From the NCBI GenBank assembly GCA_030672285.1, contig DAOVGS010000056.1, positions 1 through 48,329 on the forward strand: a DNA stretch of 48,329 nucleotides, written 5' to 3'. Source of the stretch: Hadesarchaea archaeon. GTDB taxonomy: Archaea; Hadarchaeota; Hadarchaeia; Hadarchaeales; Hadarchaeaceae. The notes beneath the pieces are model-generated. The model had not been told where the DNA came from. It saw nothing but the letters and a program-made list of their open reading frames with translations, and searched no databases. Shown piece after piece: positions 18,166-27,880 of this stretch. The stretch's first letter is position 1, and every line of letters begins with the position of its first letter. The position numbers were made by a program, and so were the translations under genes.

Positions 18166-18461
18166 ACTGAGGTCCCGAACTGCCTCAAAACAAATAAGGT
18201 TGCGGACAAAATCGCGAGAACCCCGATGGTGATAATAAAACCCAAGAAAACCCCGCGAACCCCAAATGCCTTGAGCGCCCTCTCTGAGATGAAATAAATA
18301 GACGCTGCACACACGAAGTAAAACCACAGTACTACAGTCGAAACCGTGAGGATGTCAGCTTTAAGCACGATCATCACGAAAGCTAGGAAGCCTGCCGCTA
18401 CCGTCGCGATGGAGAATGGGTAGAAAAGTGCCGCCAAGATGACTCCCTTACGCGCCTCCAT
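18162..18461 (-). CDS. small three-TM membrane protein, unknown function
   Basis: 99 aa, hydrophobic. The ATG is 4 nt after the stop of the upstream DUF61 gene. Confidence 0.5.
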   Translation of the reverse strand: MEARKGVILAALFYPFSIATVAAGFLAFVMIVLKADILTVSTVVLWFYFVCAASIYFISERALKAFGVRGVFLGFIITIGVLAILSATLFVLRQFGTSV

Positions 18462-18465
18462 TTGA

Positions 18466-18861
18466 TCACCAGAGAAAGAGGTACTGCGTGGTCGTCGGGA
18501 GTTTTTTCCGCAAGATCGCCACCTCAGGGCGGTAGATCAGCAGCTCCCCGGCAGAGGCCTCCTTTTCGAGAACTTGGCTGACAACCTTTACCTCGGCCTC
18601 TCCACTTATCCTAGCGGTCCCCCTACCGAGCTTCGGCTCCAGCGCGATTAGAATTGGCAGCTGGAGTTTATCCCGATCAGCCTCGGGGAGGAGCCCCGCC
18701 AGGAACTCGAGCTCCTCGCGCTTGAACGCGTGGGTGCTGCCATCGCGCGCCACGACTTGAGGCCTCGCGGACGAAAGGGCCTCCCTCAACGACGGGCGCC
18801 TCTCGGGCAGGTGCACGTTGAGCTTGCTCAGCTCGAGTTTTATCAGACGATCCGCGCTCAC
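18466..18861 (-). CDS. DUF61 / UPF0216-family protein
   Basis: 131 aa. Pattern ...LSKLNVHLPERRPSL.E.L....P.V..RDGS.H.FKREELEFLA..LP......L.LPI..., ending KLPTTTQY.F. This is as I recall for the archaeal UPF0216 family. The GTG start overlaps the atpD stop (GTGA). Confidence 0.55.
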   Translation of the reverse strand: MSADRLIKLELSKLNVHLPERRPSLREALSSARPQVVARDGSTHAFKREELEFLAGLLPEADRDKLQLPILIALEPKLGRGTARISGEAEVKVVSQVLEKEASAGELLIYRPEVAILRKKLPTTTQYLFLW

Positions 18862-19493
18862 CCACGTTCCTCCAACATCGCCTTTATCCGCTTGAGACGG
18901 GAGAAATTTTCCCGCTCCATTTCATCCAGCCTCATCATGATGAACTTGAGGGCCTCCTTCAACCTCGGGATCAGGATATACTCGAGCGCGTTCACCCTCC
19001 GTTTGGTCTTCTCGAGTTCCCTTGCGAGTGCAAATGCCGATCCCTCAAGTTCAGCTAGCTCGATCAAGAGCTTGAGCGCTCGCTCGAACTCCCTCGACGC
19101 CTCATCGAGCACCGAAGATGTCATATGCAAGCCATAACCCCTCACCAAAGCGTTGCGCTCAACCTCTCTGACTTCGACGGCTGGCACCGCGATACCCATG
19201 ATGTGGCGGGTTGAAATCTCCACTTGAAGCTCCCGCCTTGTTTCTTTAGAAGCCTGCTTGGTCTCGAGCGTCCCCACGATCGCAAAGCACATCGATAGCG
19301 CCCGATGAGCTACCGAGAGCTGCTCGAGGGCCTTCATCCTAGCTTCCTGGATTCGCCTCAACACCTCGAAGAACTCGATGACGAGGGCGTCCATCTTCTC
19401 CTTGAGCAGGTCGTGGCCCCTCTGCGCGAGGCCCACCCTTTGCCTCAGCTTCAGGAGCTCCATCCGGGTTGGGGATACTGCCAGCGCCGCCAT
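18858..19493 (-). CDS. atpD: A-type ATP synthase subunit D
   Basis: SPTRMELLKLRQRVGLAQRGHDLLKEKMDAL is the typical subunit D N-terminus. Confidence 0.85.
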   Translation of the reverse strand: MAALAVSPTRMELLKLRQRVGLAQRGHDLLKEKMDALVIEFFEVLRRIQEARMKALEQLSVAHRALSMCFAIVGTLETKQASKETRRELQVEISTRHIMGIAVPAVEVREVERNALVRGYGLHMTSSVLDEASREFERALKLLIELAELEGSAFALARELEKTKRRVNALEYILIPRLKEALKFIMMRLDEMERENFSRLKRIKAMLEERG

Positions 19494-19831
19494 TAGCTGC
19501 CCTCCCGCTTGACCATGATCTCGGCCCCGACCGTGCGCTTGATTATCTCACGCAGCTCATCTACCTTCGACACGTACCCTGTCTTGTCGGAAATTCTAAG
19601 CACGAGCGGAAGCAACCGCTTCGCCCGCATCATCCGGCGAAACTCGTAACCGAGCTCCTCCACGATGCGGTGGGTTATCAGCACGAGCCCAATTTCATCG
19701 CTGGCGAGAAACTCACCCAGCTTGGCCAGCGCCTCTTCTTTCGTCGTGTAAATGTGGGTATAGGTCGCGCCCGCTAAAGCGAACCCCGTCACGGTATCTT
19801 GATCCCCAACGACGGCTATTTTAAAACCCAA
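19493..19831 (-). CDS. atpF: A-type ATP synthase subunit F
   Basis: KIAVVGDQDTVTGFALAG motif; 112 aa. Confidence 0.85.
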   Translation of the reverse strand: MGFKIAVVGDQDTVTGFALAGATYTHIYTTKEEALAKLGEFLASDEIGLVLITHRIVEELGYEFRRMMRAKRLLPLVLRISDKTGYVSKVDELREIIKRTVGAEIMVKREGS

Positions 19832-20957
19832 TTTTTGGCACCCTTACCGTTGTTTCCTTGATTTTCTGCGGCTCGACTTTATCCACCTTGAGCCTGATTA
19901 TCGCCCGCAGATTTCTCATCTCGTTTTCCTTCAAGTAGATGTAAGAGAGCACGGGAGCTATGCTAAAGAGCTGGGTAAGCGCAAGCCACCTACATATCTT
20001 TAGATGCATTTCATCCAAAGCCTTCTCCGCCGCGAAGATCCCTTGGGCCTCGATCTGCGGGAGGGCCTCTAGCAAAATTTGGCCGTAGACGGTACGATGA
20101 ATCATGTTTATCGCTGAAGGAACATCCTCAGCGGTGATCATCGCCCTCAGCATCGCCTCCGTGAGCTCATGAGGGGGCAAGATGAGGTATCTGTCAATCT
20201 CCTCGGGTGGCGCACCCTCCCGCTTGAGCCGTAAAATCAGCTTGATGTTCAAAGCATCAATTTCGTACCCTAAGATCGCCCTCAAAACCGAGCGCTGTGC
20301 GCGCTTGCTCAACACGTCCTTCCACAAGCTCATGTAGTAGTGCTTGTCGAGCGCCGATAGGATGGCAATCAACCCTCGCGTCTCATATTCTTTCAGTGCC
20401 TCTGAAAGTACGTCGAAGTACTCACTCCCTTTCAGGAATTCAAGCAGTTGTTCAAAGCTCTCGGCGGATGCGAGCATCTCAAGCCTCTCGCGGGGAAGCG
20501 TCGGTGATGGAATTAACTCCTTAAGCCTCTTTTCTTTGGGAACTTTATTGTGGATCGCTGTGAGGATCGCCTTAAGGTTCCAGATATCAATACGCTCGAT
20601 CACCCTCGCGACCGTTTCCTTTCGCTCCTCCGGCACCATCCCCAAGAGCTCGCGATAGCGCGCGTTCAAGTTCTCCCTGAGCGCTCGCTCGACCACCGAC
20701 ATGTCAACCCCCTCCTCGCCCCTCGGAACCTCAGCTAGCTGCGGTCGGTAGTCAGTGTCGTCAAGGGCCGTGAATACATTTGTGACCCTTGGAGCATCGG
20801 CAAACTCCATCAGGCGCGCCTCGGAAAGCAATCTCGCCTCCCACGCACTGATGGTCGCGTTGCAGTAAACGTAAGCCATCGAGCGCCTGGCGTTGTATAT
20901 CACCAAGGCAAAGAGGGTCCCTATGATCAGAAAAATAACTACGAGAACATCAATCAT
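19821..20957 (-). CDS. atpC: A-type ATP synthase subunit C
   Basis: 378 aa helical protein in the C (V-type d) position between E and F. Confidence 0.75.
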   Translation of the reverse strand: MIDVLVVIFLIIGTLFALVIYNARRSMAYVYCNATISAWEARLLSEARLMEFADAPRVTNVFTALDDTDYRPQLAEVPRGEEGVDMSVVERALRENLNARYRELLGMVPEERKETVARVIERIDIWNLKAILTAIHNKVPKEKRLKELIPSPTLPRERLEMLASAESFEQLLEFLKGSEYFDVLSEALKEYETRGLIAILSALDKHYYMSLWKDVLSKRAQRSVLRAILGYEIDALNIKLILRLKREGAPPEEIDRYLILPPHELTEAMLRAMITAEDVPSAINMIHRTVYGQILLEALPQIEAQGIFAAEKALDEMHLKICRWLALTQLFSIAPVLSYIYLKENEMRNLRAIIRLKVDKVEPQKIKETTVRVPKIGF

Positions 20958-21583
20958 CTTGACCCTTCGAATAGAACTTTCGCGACCTTTACCCGGAGGC
21001 CCTCAAATTCCCTCCGCATCCTGCCTTCGAACGTCTCGTCGATCTCAACCCTGCCATCTGAGGTTCCGATCTTTACCCCTCCAATCGTTTGAATCGGTTC
21101 ACCCAGTGAAACTTTCACCGTTTTTTTGCCTTCGCCCAGCTCACGTGTTATTTGATCTTTAGATTCTTCGAGGAGTTTCAGGTCCTGGCGACTAGCTCGG
21201 ATAACAACATCATCGGAACCGAGTTTTTTGCACGCCGCCGCGACGATTCGAACGATATCCTTCTCGTACTTTTTAGACGATGCGTGCGCTCGAAGCTTCT
21301 TCTCTACCTCTCGGAAGACCTCGTTGATGAGTTCTTCCCTCTTTCGAAGCACTTCCCGCTTCGCGCGCATCCTGCCCTCCGCGAGTACTTCATCGTAAAC
21401 GTGTTTGCCACGGGCGCGTGCTTCCTTTGTCTCGCGTTCCTCCTCTTCCTTGGCGCCGAAGCGGGCCGCATCGAGCAACGTGCGCGCTTCCTTCTTCGCT
21501 GCCCTAATTATCCCTGCGGCTTTTTCCTTCGCTTCTTTTAGGATATCATCTGCTATTAGCTGGGCGCCTTTTTCAGCCGGCAA
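20954..21583 (-). CDS. atpE: A-type ATP synthase subunit E
   Basis: 209 aa. Charged coiled-coil N-terminus plus a globular C-terminus, positioned between K and C. Confidence 0.75.
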   Translation of the reverse strand: MPAEKGAQLIADDILKEAKEKAAGIIRAAKKEARTLLDAARFGAKEEEERETKEARARGKHVYDEVLAEGRMRAKREVLRKREELINEVFREVEKKLRAHASSKKYEKDIVRIVAAACKKLGSDDVVIRASRQDLKLLEESKDQITRELGEGKKTVKVSLGEPIQTIGGVKIGTSDGRVEIDETFEGRMRREFEGLRVKVAKVLFEGSR

Positions 21584-21594
21584 CGCTTAGCCCC

Positions 21595-22074
21595 CTATAA
21601 CGCGCCGAGACTTACTAGAATTAAGATCGTCGCCAAAAGCCCCAAGATAGCGTAGAGTTCGACCATCACCGTGTACATTATAGTTTGTCCAAATATCTCC
21701 GGTCTTTTTGCAACGGCGCTGACGCCTGCAGTGGCGACCTTTCCCTGCGCGTATGCGGTAAATCCTTGGAGAATGGCTGGAACAGCCGCCGCCAGTACGG
21801 CCAGTCCCGCTATGCCTACCTTTAGTCCATCGCCCCCAAGCAAACCTGTACCGACGAGAATCAAAAAGCCCGCGACGAAACCGTAGATTCCCTGCGTGCC
21901 CGGGAGCACCTCTAGCACGAAGAGCTTTGAGAACTTCTTTGGATCCTCAGCCGATACCGCTGCTGCTGCAACTCCGGTCATCCCAACGCCGATTGCCGAT
22001 AGGATCCCTGGAATCGCGACCGCTAGCCCAGCTGCCAACGCTATCCAGACCTCATCACCTACCAGGCCATTCAC
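21595..22074 (-). CDS. atpK: A-type ATP synthase proteolipid subunit K, duplicated (four-helix) form
   Basis: 159 aa, two tandem hairpins. The conserved carboxylate context (VMVELYAILGLL) occurs only in the second hairpin. GTG start. Confidence 0.8.
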   Translation of the reverse strand: MNGLVGDEVWIALAAGLAVAIPGILSAIGVGMTGVAAAAVSAEDPKKFSKLFVLEVLPGTQGIYGFVAGFLILVGTGLLGGDGLKVGIAGLAVLAAAVPAILQGFTAYAQGKVATAGVSAVAKRPEIFGQTIMYTVMVELYAILGLLATILILVSLGAL

Positions 22075-24097
22075 CCCCTTTTACTTTAGTGAACGTCCTT
22101 TTAGCTTTAAAGGGGACGAACTTCTCGCCTCCGGCCTCGTAGAACTTGCTGAAGAACTCCGCGAAGTGCAAACGCATGGTATGGATGAACCCTCCGAGGC
22201 TATTGATGAAGATGTTGAAGCAGTGTGCCGCGATGAAGATGAACCCTAGCCCGGTCAGCAGCAAGCCAGCGTAAATCGCCGACAGCGGTGTGAGTTCGGC
22301 CGGCATCATGCCACTGTACGCGAATCCGATGATGAAATTTATCGAAAATGCTATTACCCCGGTCGCGATGCCGAGAGCCAAAAGCCTGGTGTAAGAGGTC
22401 ACATCTGCAATAAGCCCAGTTATGCCATAAATAACATTGATCGGCCCTCCAATTTTTTCTCCTGCCCCTTTGCCAATCAATACCGCACCGACCATGCCCA
22501 TGCCCAAACCGAGGTAGAAGATGACCCTAAACGCCACGACGATGGCTGCCCCAGCTCCAAAGGGATTAAATACTGTGAAAAGTTCTGTCTTTGGAAATGT
22601 GAAATTTATTCCAAACTCGTGCAAGCCGATGCCCAAGATGCAGAAACTTAACCCGAAGAAACCAATCAAAATTAATATGCGCGAAATACGGCCGAATATT
22701 AAACTTTTCCAATCCCTTCTAAATAAATCCTTCAATGCTCCCGCCAAGCCGAAAGCTATGAAGAGGTGAATGATTCCTATAAACACCACAAGTTTAAGCA
22801 GCGGTATCGGCCTCTGGATCGGGTTCACCCAGTAACCTCCTCCGAAGCCGAACCACCCACCTATCAAGAAACCGATGATGACCGTGAATATCGCACACAC
22901 GATCATCATCCGCCTGAGCTTTCGCGGAAACATTTTGGCGAACCAAAAACCTGATGCCATGAAAAGCCCAAGCACAATGCCATAGCCCGCGTCGGACAAA
23001 CAAATCGCAAAAAATATCGCGAAGGTGAGGGTCATGAAGGGCGTCGGGTCTACCTCGTCGTACTTGGGCAACCCATACATGTTGGTAACGTACTCGAAAT
23101 CCTCGACCACTCTAGGATTCTCCAACTCCACCGGAACGGCCTCGACCTCTGCCTTTTGAGGCGCATAGGTGCGGAGGACATGGCGTCCATTCGTAGCTGC
23201 GCTGAGCAGGGGATCGAGCTCGGTCGCCCGCTTCGCTGGTACCCACCCCTCCATGACCACGGTCGCATCGGTGTAACCAAAGAGCCCGCTGCACTCAAGC
23301 CTTTCCCTTTGGATCTCGAGAAGTTCCAACAACGTGCTGACTTCACGAGCCCTAGCCTTCGCAAGCTTCTTCCTCTTCCCCTCTAGCTTGGCCTGCTCCC
23401 CATCAAGCTCCTTCAGCCGTCCCTCCAGCGTTCTGAGCGCCTTTCGTGGGGCCTTGGGGATCGAGGGGATCTCCAAGAGCTCGACCTCGTGTCTGTAGAG
23501 CACTGGCGAGAGCTTCGGCTGCTCTGCGGTCCGGCATGCCACAATCAAAATCCTTTGCTTACCTTTCCCAAGCACACCCACGAAAACCTTGTGCCCCAGA
23601 GCTTCCCTCGCCGCGTCCGAGAATTCTCGCACCCTTTCCTCCGCAATCCGCCCGACCACAACGTAGATTTCATCCGTTGGTCGGAGGTAACTCAGGGGGA
23701 ATTTTATCTCCCAAAAAGTCCGGAGCATTTCCATCTGAGCATGTAACTCTTGCCTTCTCTGATTGAGTTCCTCCTTCTTGGCTTTTAAAGCGCTCAACTT
23801 CGGCTCGAACTTATCTAGAAACTTTTTCGCCTGCTTCAAAATTTGTCCGTAGGGGGGCTCCTCTATCTCCACAGGTTTACTGAGCGGTGGCCCGAGAAAC
23901 TCTCGCGCCTCCTTGAATTTTGCAAGTAGCGATGAGATCTCGTAGACCTCCTCGTCGAGCGCCTTCCGCGCGACCTCCAGCTCCGAGATCTCCTTCAGCT
24001 GGACCACGCCGGCCTCGTGCAGCCGGGCCACGACGCTATCGTGCGCTTGTTGAAGGAAGACGACCCTAAACTTCTGCATTCGAGCCGTTTTGAACAT
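22055..24097 (-). CDS. atpI: A-type ATP synthase subunit I
   Basis: Soluble coiled-coil N-terminal half plus a multi-TM C-terminal half. The ATG at 24097 lies 4 nt after the atpH stop and is preceded by GGGTGA. Confidence 0.85.
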   Translation of the reverse strand: MFKTARMQKFRVVFLQQAHDSVVARLHEAGVVQLKEISELEVARKALDEEVYEISSLLAKFKEAREFLGPPLSKPVEIEEPPYGQILKQAKKFLDKFEPKLSALKAKKEELNQRRQELHAQMEMLRTFWEIKFPLSYLRPTDEIYVVVGRIAEERVREFSDAAREALGHKVFVGVLGKGKQRILIVACRTAEQPKLSPVLYRHEVELLEIPSIPKAPRKALRTLEGRLKELDGEQAKLEGKRKKLAKARAREVSTLLELLEIQRERLECSGLFGYTDATVVMEGWVPAKRATELDPLLSAATNGRHVLRTYAPQKAEVEAVPVELENPRVVEDFEYVTNMYGLPKYDEVDPTPFMTLTFAIFFAICLSDAGYGIVLGLFMASGFWFAKMFPRKLRRMMIVCAIFTVIIGFLIGGWFGFGGGYWVNPIQRPIPLLKLVVFIGIIHLFIAFGLAGALKDLFRRDWKSLIFGRISRILILIGFFGLSFCILGIGLHEFGINFTFPKTELFTVFNPFGAGAAIVVAFRVIFYLGLGMGMVGAVLIGKGAGEKIGGPINVIYGITGLIADVTSYTRLLALGIATGVIAFSINFIIGFAYSGMMPAELTPLSAIYAGLLLTGLGFIFIAAHCFNIFINSLGGFIHTMRLHFAEFFSKFYEAGGEKFVPFKAKRTFTKVKGGEWPGR

Positions 24098-24101
24098 GGG
24101 G

Positions 24102-24413
24102 TCACCCGAGGACGGCATCCAGAACGAGCTTAATCGCCTCCGCATGCTTCGTCCTAGCTTTTCGCTCCATCGCTTGAATCTGTCTGCGATTTTTCTTCAG
24201 CAATTCCTGCACATCGGCCTCTGCCTTTTTCCTCAATTCCTCAATCACTTTTTCCGTCTTTGATTTCGTCTCGGCCTTTGCGCTCTCCTTTAGTTTCTCC
24301 ACTTCCCCCCTGGCGGATTCGAGGATTGTTGCAGCCTCTCGCTGCGCTGCTTCCACCTGCTCTCTCGCCTTTTTTTCCGCCTCAAAAATCGCGCGAAGAC
24401 TTTCCTCGACCAC
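24102..24413 (-). CDS. atpH: A-type ATP synthase subunit H
   Basis: 103 aa, highly charged helical protein. First gene of the minus-strand cluster. Confidence 0.7.
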   Translation of the reverse strand: MVEESLRAIFEAEKKAREQVEAAQREAATILESARGEVEKLKESAKAETKSKTEKVIEELRKKAEADVQELLKKNRRQIQAMERKARTKHAEAIKLVLDAVLG

Positions 24414-24491
24414 TTGGCTCCACCGTCCAGTGTCTAAGTTAATTAGAAGTGATGTTCATAAAAGTTCTGATTTTAAGAGATATTCATAAAA
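24414..24491. promoter_or_regulatory. divergent atpH / atpA intergenic promoter region with duplicated TTCATAAAAGT element
   Basis: AT-rich 78 bp. TTCATAAAAGT occurs at 24455-24465 and 24483-24493; both copies contain TATA-like cores. Confidence 0.45.
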
Positions 24492-26318
24492 GTGGAGCCG
24501 CTAATCATAGCTGGAGCTCGGGGTGTTAGATTGGGAAAAATCGTCCGAATTACTGGGCCCGTGGTGATCGCCGATGGAATGAAGGGCTCTGAGATGTATG
24601 AGCTCGTCAAGGTCGGCGAGGAGGGTCTGATGGGGGAGATAATCGGTCTGACAGAGAATCGCGCGACAATTCAGGTGTACGAGGAAACCTCGGGTATAAA
24701 ACCTGGCGAGAAGGTCGAGGGTACTGGGGAACCTCTCTCTATAGAGCTTGGGCCAGGGCTTGTTGGAGCAATTTATGATGGCACGCAGCGACCGCTCACG
24801 ATCATCCGGACGAAAATCGGGGATATGATAAAGCGGGGCGTCTTCGCTCATGCCCTGCCGCGGGATAAGAAGTGGGAGTTCGTGCCGAATGTCAAGCGAG
24901 GCGCGGAGGTCGTCGAGGGTGATATACTCGGGACCGTCAAGGAGAGCAAGCTCGTCGAACATCGAATTCTGGTCCCCCCCGGCATCAACGGAAAGGTTCT
25001 AGAACTCGCGGATGGTGGGCATAAAGTCGAAGATATTATCGCCAACATCGAGACCGCTGACGGCAAGCGAGAGATTGCGATGATGCAAAAATGGCCTGTG
25101 CGGCGGGCGAGACCATTTAAGGAGAAGTTCGATCCGAATGAGCCGCTCATCTCTGGGCAGCGTGTCATTGATACGTTCTTCCCAATCGCGAAAGGGGGTA
25201 CGGCAGCAATCCCTGGAGGCTTCGGCACGGGTAAAACAGTTATGCTTCATCAGTTCGCGAAATGGGCAGCCGCAGACGTGGTCGTTTATGTGGGCTGCGG
25301 CGAGCGGGGCAACGAGATGTGTGACGTGCTGGTGCACTTCCCCGAGCTGAAGGACCCGCGTAGCGGCGAGTCGCTGATGGAACGCACCACACTTATCGCC
25401 AACACCTCAAACATGCCCGTGGCCGCGCGCGAGGCAAGCGTCTACACAGGAATAACCATCGCCGAGTACTTCCGAGACATGGGCTATGATATAGCGCTCA
25501 TGGCCGACTCCACCTCGCGCTGGGCCGAGGCGATGCGCGAAATCTCCGGCAGGCTGGAGGAGATGCCGGGGGAGGAGGGCTTCCCCGCTTACCTCGCTTC
25601 GAGGCTGGCGGAGTTCTATGAGCGAGCTGGCCGCGTGCGGACGCTCGGCAACGATGAGCGCTTCGGCTCCGTGACGGTGCTCGGTGCCGTCTCCCCGCCC
25701 GGAGGCGACCTCTCGGAGCCCGTTTCACAAAACACGCTTCGCATTGTCAAGGTCTTCTGGGCGCTCGACACGGGGCTGGCCGACCGGCGCCACTTCCCGG
25801 CTATCCACTGGCTCAATAGCTACTCGCTCTACGTCGACAACGTCCGCGAGTGGTGGAAACAAAAGCTCCACGAGGACTGGAAGGCCCTGCGCGATGAAGC
25901 GATCGCCATGCTCCAGAAGGAGGCAGAACTCGAGGAGATCGTGAAGCTCGTGGGGCCCGATGCCCTCCCCGAGCCGGAGCGAGCCGTACTCGAGGCCGCG
26001 CGGATGATGCGGGAGGATTTCCTCCAACAGTTCGCCTTCCACGAGGTCGATACCCACTGCCCTGTCGAGAAGCAGTTCGGAATGCTCAAGCTCGTGCTCG
26101 ATTTCTATCGCAACTCCGTGGAGGCAGCACGACAGGGCATCTCGGTCGGGGAAATTAAAAAACTGCTGATCAAGGAGACCATCGCGGGCATGAAGCGGCT
26201 TTCCCCTGAAAAGTTTATGAAAGAGCGGGAGAAGTTTGAAACCCAGCTCAAGAAACAGTTCGAAGAGCTGATGCGAACGAGGAAAGCACCAGCCGAAGGT
26301 GAGAAGGGTGAAAAGTGA
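24492..26318 (+). CDS. atpA: A-type ATP synthase catalytic subunit A
   Basis: [16 protein letters not shown] and Walker [10 protein letters not shown]; no intein. The GTG at 24492 overlaps the second TATA-like element, so TTG 24531 (preceded by GGGGTG) may be the true start. Confidence 0.9.
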   Translation: MEPLIIAGARGVRLGKIVRITGPVVIADGMKGSEMYELVKVGEEGLMGEIIGLTENRATIQVYEETSGIKPGEKVEGTGEPLSIELGPGLVGAIYDGTQRPLTIIRTKIGDMIKRGVFAHALPRDKKWEFVPNVKRGAEVVEGDILGTVKESKLVEHRILVPPGINGKVLELADGGHKVEDIIANIETADGKREIAMMQKWPVRRARPFKEKFDPNEPLISGQRVIDTFFPIAKGGTAAIPGGFGTGKTVMLHQFAKWAAADVVVYVGCGERGNEMCDVLVHFPELKDPRSGESLMERTTLIANTSNMPVAAREASVYTGITIAEYFRDMGYDIALMADSTSRWAEAMREISGRLEEMPGEEGFPAYLASRLAEFYERAGRVRTLGNDERFGSVTVLGAVSPPGGDLSEPVSQNTLRIVKVFWALDTGLADRRHFPAIHWLNSYSLYVDNVREWWKQKLHEDWKALRDEAIAMLQKEAELEEIVKLVGPDALPEPERAVLEAARMMREDFLQQFAFHEVDTHCPVEKQFGMLKLVLDFYRNSVEAARQGISVGEIKKLLIKETIAGMKRLSPEKFMKEREKFETQLKKQFEELMRTRKAPAEGEKGEK

Positions 26319-27702
26319 GACCGTGAAGAGCCGTGAATATTTGACTGTCGCTGAAGTTTCTGGCCCGCTGATGATAGTCGAGGGTGTGAGCGGCGTCGCC
26401 TACGGGGAGGTCGTCGAGGTGACCACGCCCGATGGGGAGACAAAACACGGGCAAGTGCTGGATGCCTACGAGGATCGCGCGGTGGTGCAGGTCTACGAGG
26501 GTACAAGCGGCATCGATACCCTAAAAACCCGCGTTCGCTTCACGGGCGAGACCATCAAGTTCGGCGTCGGGCTCGAGTTACTCGGCAGAATTTTTAGCGG
26601 GCGTGGTGAGCCCATAGACGGCGGGCCCAAGCCGATTTTCGAGGACGAGTGGGATGTGCACGGGGCCCCGATAAACCCGGCGGCGCGAGAGTACCCTAGC
26701 GAGTTCATCCAGACTGGCATTTCATCCATCGACGGCATGAACACGCTCGTCCGGGGTCAAAAGTTGCCCATCTTCTCGGGCTCGGGCCTGCCCCACAACG
26801 AGCTGGCTGCGCAAATCGCTAGGCAGGCGAAAGTGATCGGCGAGGAGGAAAAGTTCTCCGTGGTGTTTTGCGGGATGGGAATAACGCACGAGGAGGCCGC
26901 ATTCTTCACGCACGACTTCGAGCGAACTGGCGCACTCGAGCGGGCGACGGTGTTCTTGAACCTCGCCAGCGACCCTGCCATCGAGCGCATCCTCACGCCG
27001 CGCCTGGCCCTGACGACCGCCGAATACTTCGCGTTCACCCAAGGGATGCACGTGCTGGTCATCTTGGTCGACATGACGAACTACTGCGAAGCCCTGCGAG
27101 AAATCTCCGCCGCCCGAAGCGAGGTACCGGGAAGGCGGGGTTATCCCGGCTACTTGTACACGGACCTTGCGACGATGTACGAGCGGGCGGGAAGGATAAA
27201 GAAAAAGAAGGGCTCGGTGACTCAAATGCCGATCTTGACCATGCCAGGTGACGACATCACTCACCCAATCCCTGACCTCACGGGCTACATCACCGAGGGG
27301 CAGCTCGTGATGGACCGCGAGCTCCACCGCAAAGGGATCTACCCGCCGCTCAACGTCCTGCCATCGCTCTCGAGGCTCATGAAGGACGGCATAGGGAAAG
27401 AACATACACGGGAGGACCACAGCGATGTCTCAAACCAGCTTTACGCCGTTTATGCTGAGGGCAAGGACCTCCGAGCGTTAGTTGCGGTCGTCGGGGAGGA
27501 GGCGCTGACCGAGCGAGATCGCCGCTACTTGGGTTTCGCCGACCGGTTCGAGCGCGAATTCGTGAACCAGAGGCGAGACGAGGACCGATCGATCGAGAGC
27601 ACGCTCGACTTGGGGTGGGAACTCCTGCGCACGCTGCCCACAGCCGAGCTGAAGCGCGTCGACCCGAAGTTCATCGAGAAGTACCTGCGGCCTCAGAGTT
27701 AG
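26299..27702 (+). CDS. atpB: A-type ATP synthase subunit B
   Basis: [27 protein letters not shown]. Start uncertain (GTG at 26299, 26308 or 26323). Overlaps or abuts the atpA stop. Confidence 0.9.
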   Translation: MRRVKSETVKSREYLTVAEVSGPLMIVEGVSGVAYGEVVEVTTPDGETKHGQVLDAYEDRAVVQVYEGTSGIDTLKTRVRFTGETIKFGVGLELLGRIFSGRGEPIDGGPKPIFEDEWDVHGAPINPAAREYPSEFIQTGISSIDGMNTLVRGQKLPIFSGSGLPHNELAAQIARQAKVIGEEEKFSVVFCGMGITHEEAAFFTHDFERTGALERATVFLNLASDPAIERILTPRLALTTAEYFAFTQGMHVLVILVDMTNYCEALREISAARSEVPGRRGYPGYLYTDLATMYERAGRIKKKKGSVTQMPILTMPGDDITHPIPDLTGYITEGQLVMDRELHRKGIYPPLNVLPSLSRLMKDGIGKEHTREDHSDVSNQLYAVYAEGKDLRALVAVVGEEALTERDRRYLGFADRFEREFVNQRRDEDRSIESTLDLGWELLRTLPTAELKRVDPKFIEKYLRPQS

Positions 27703-27880
27703 CTCCGAAAATTACAAAACGAAAATAAATTACAACAAATTTCGGGGAAACTTTAAGAACGCTTAATTACAGTGTGTTCGTGGAGGCTGGCATTTGGTCT
27801 GGGGCTGTAGTTTCATACCGCTTGGCAGATTTATAAACCGAGATGCTTCGATTGGTGCTGATGAGCCACATAATGATGGC

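Noticed and set aside
24492-26318. Intein in atpA (common in some archaea)
   Set aside because: Subunit A is 608 aa. Sequence is contiguous around the Walker A region, and there is no Cys/Ser...HN splice-junction insert.
27801-27870. tRNA-like string GGGGCTGTAGTTTCATACC...TTCGATTGG upstream of the radical SAM gene
   Set aside because: It cannot be folded into a cloverleaf. There is no complementary acceptor 3' strand, and the T-stem halves are not complementary.
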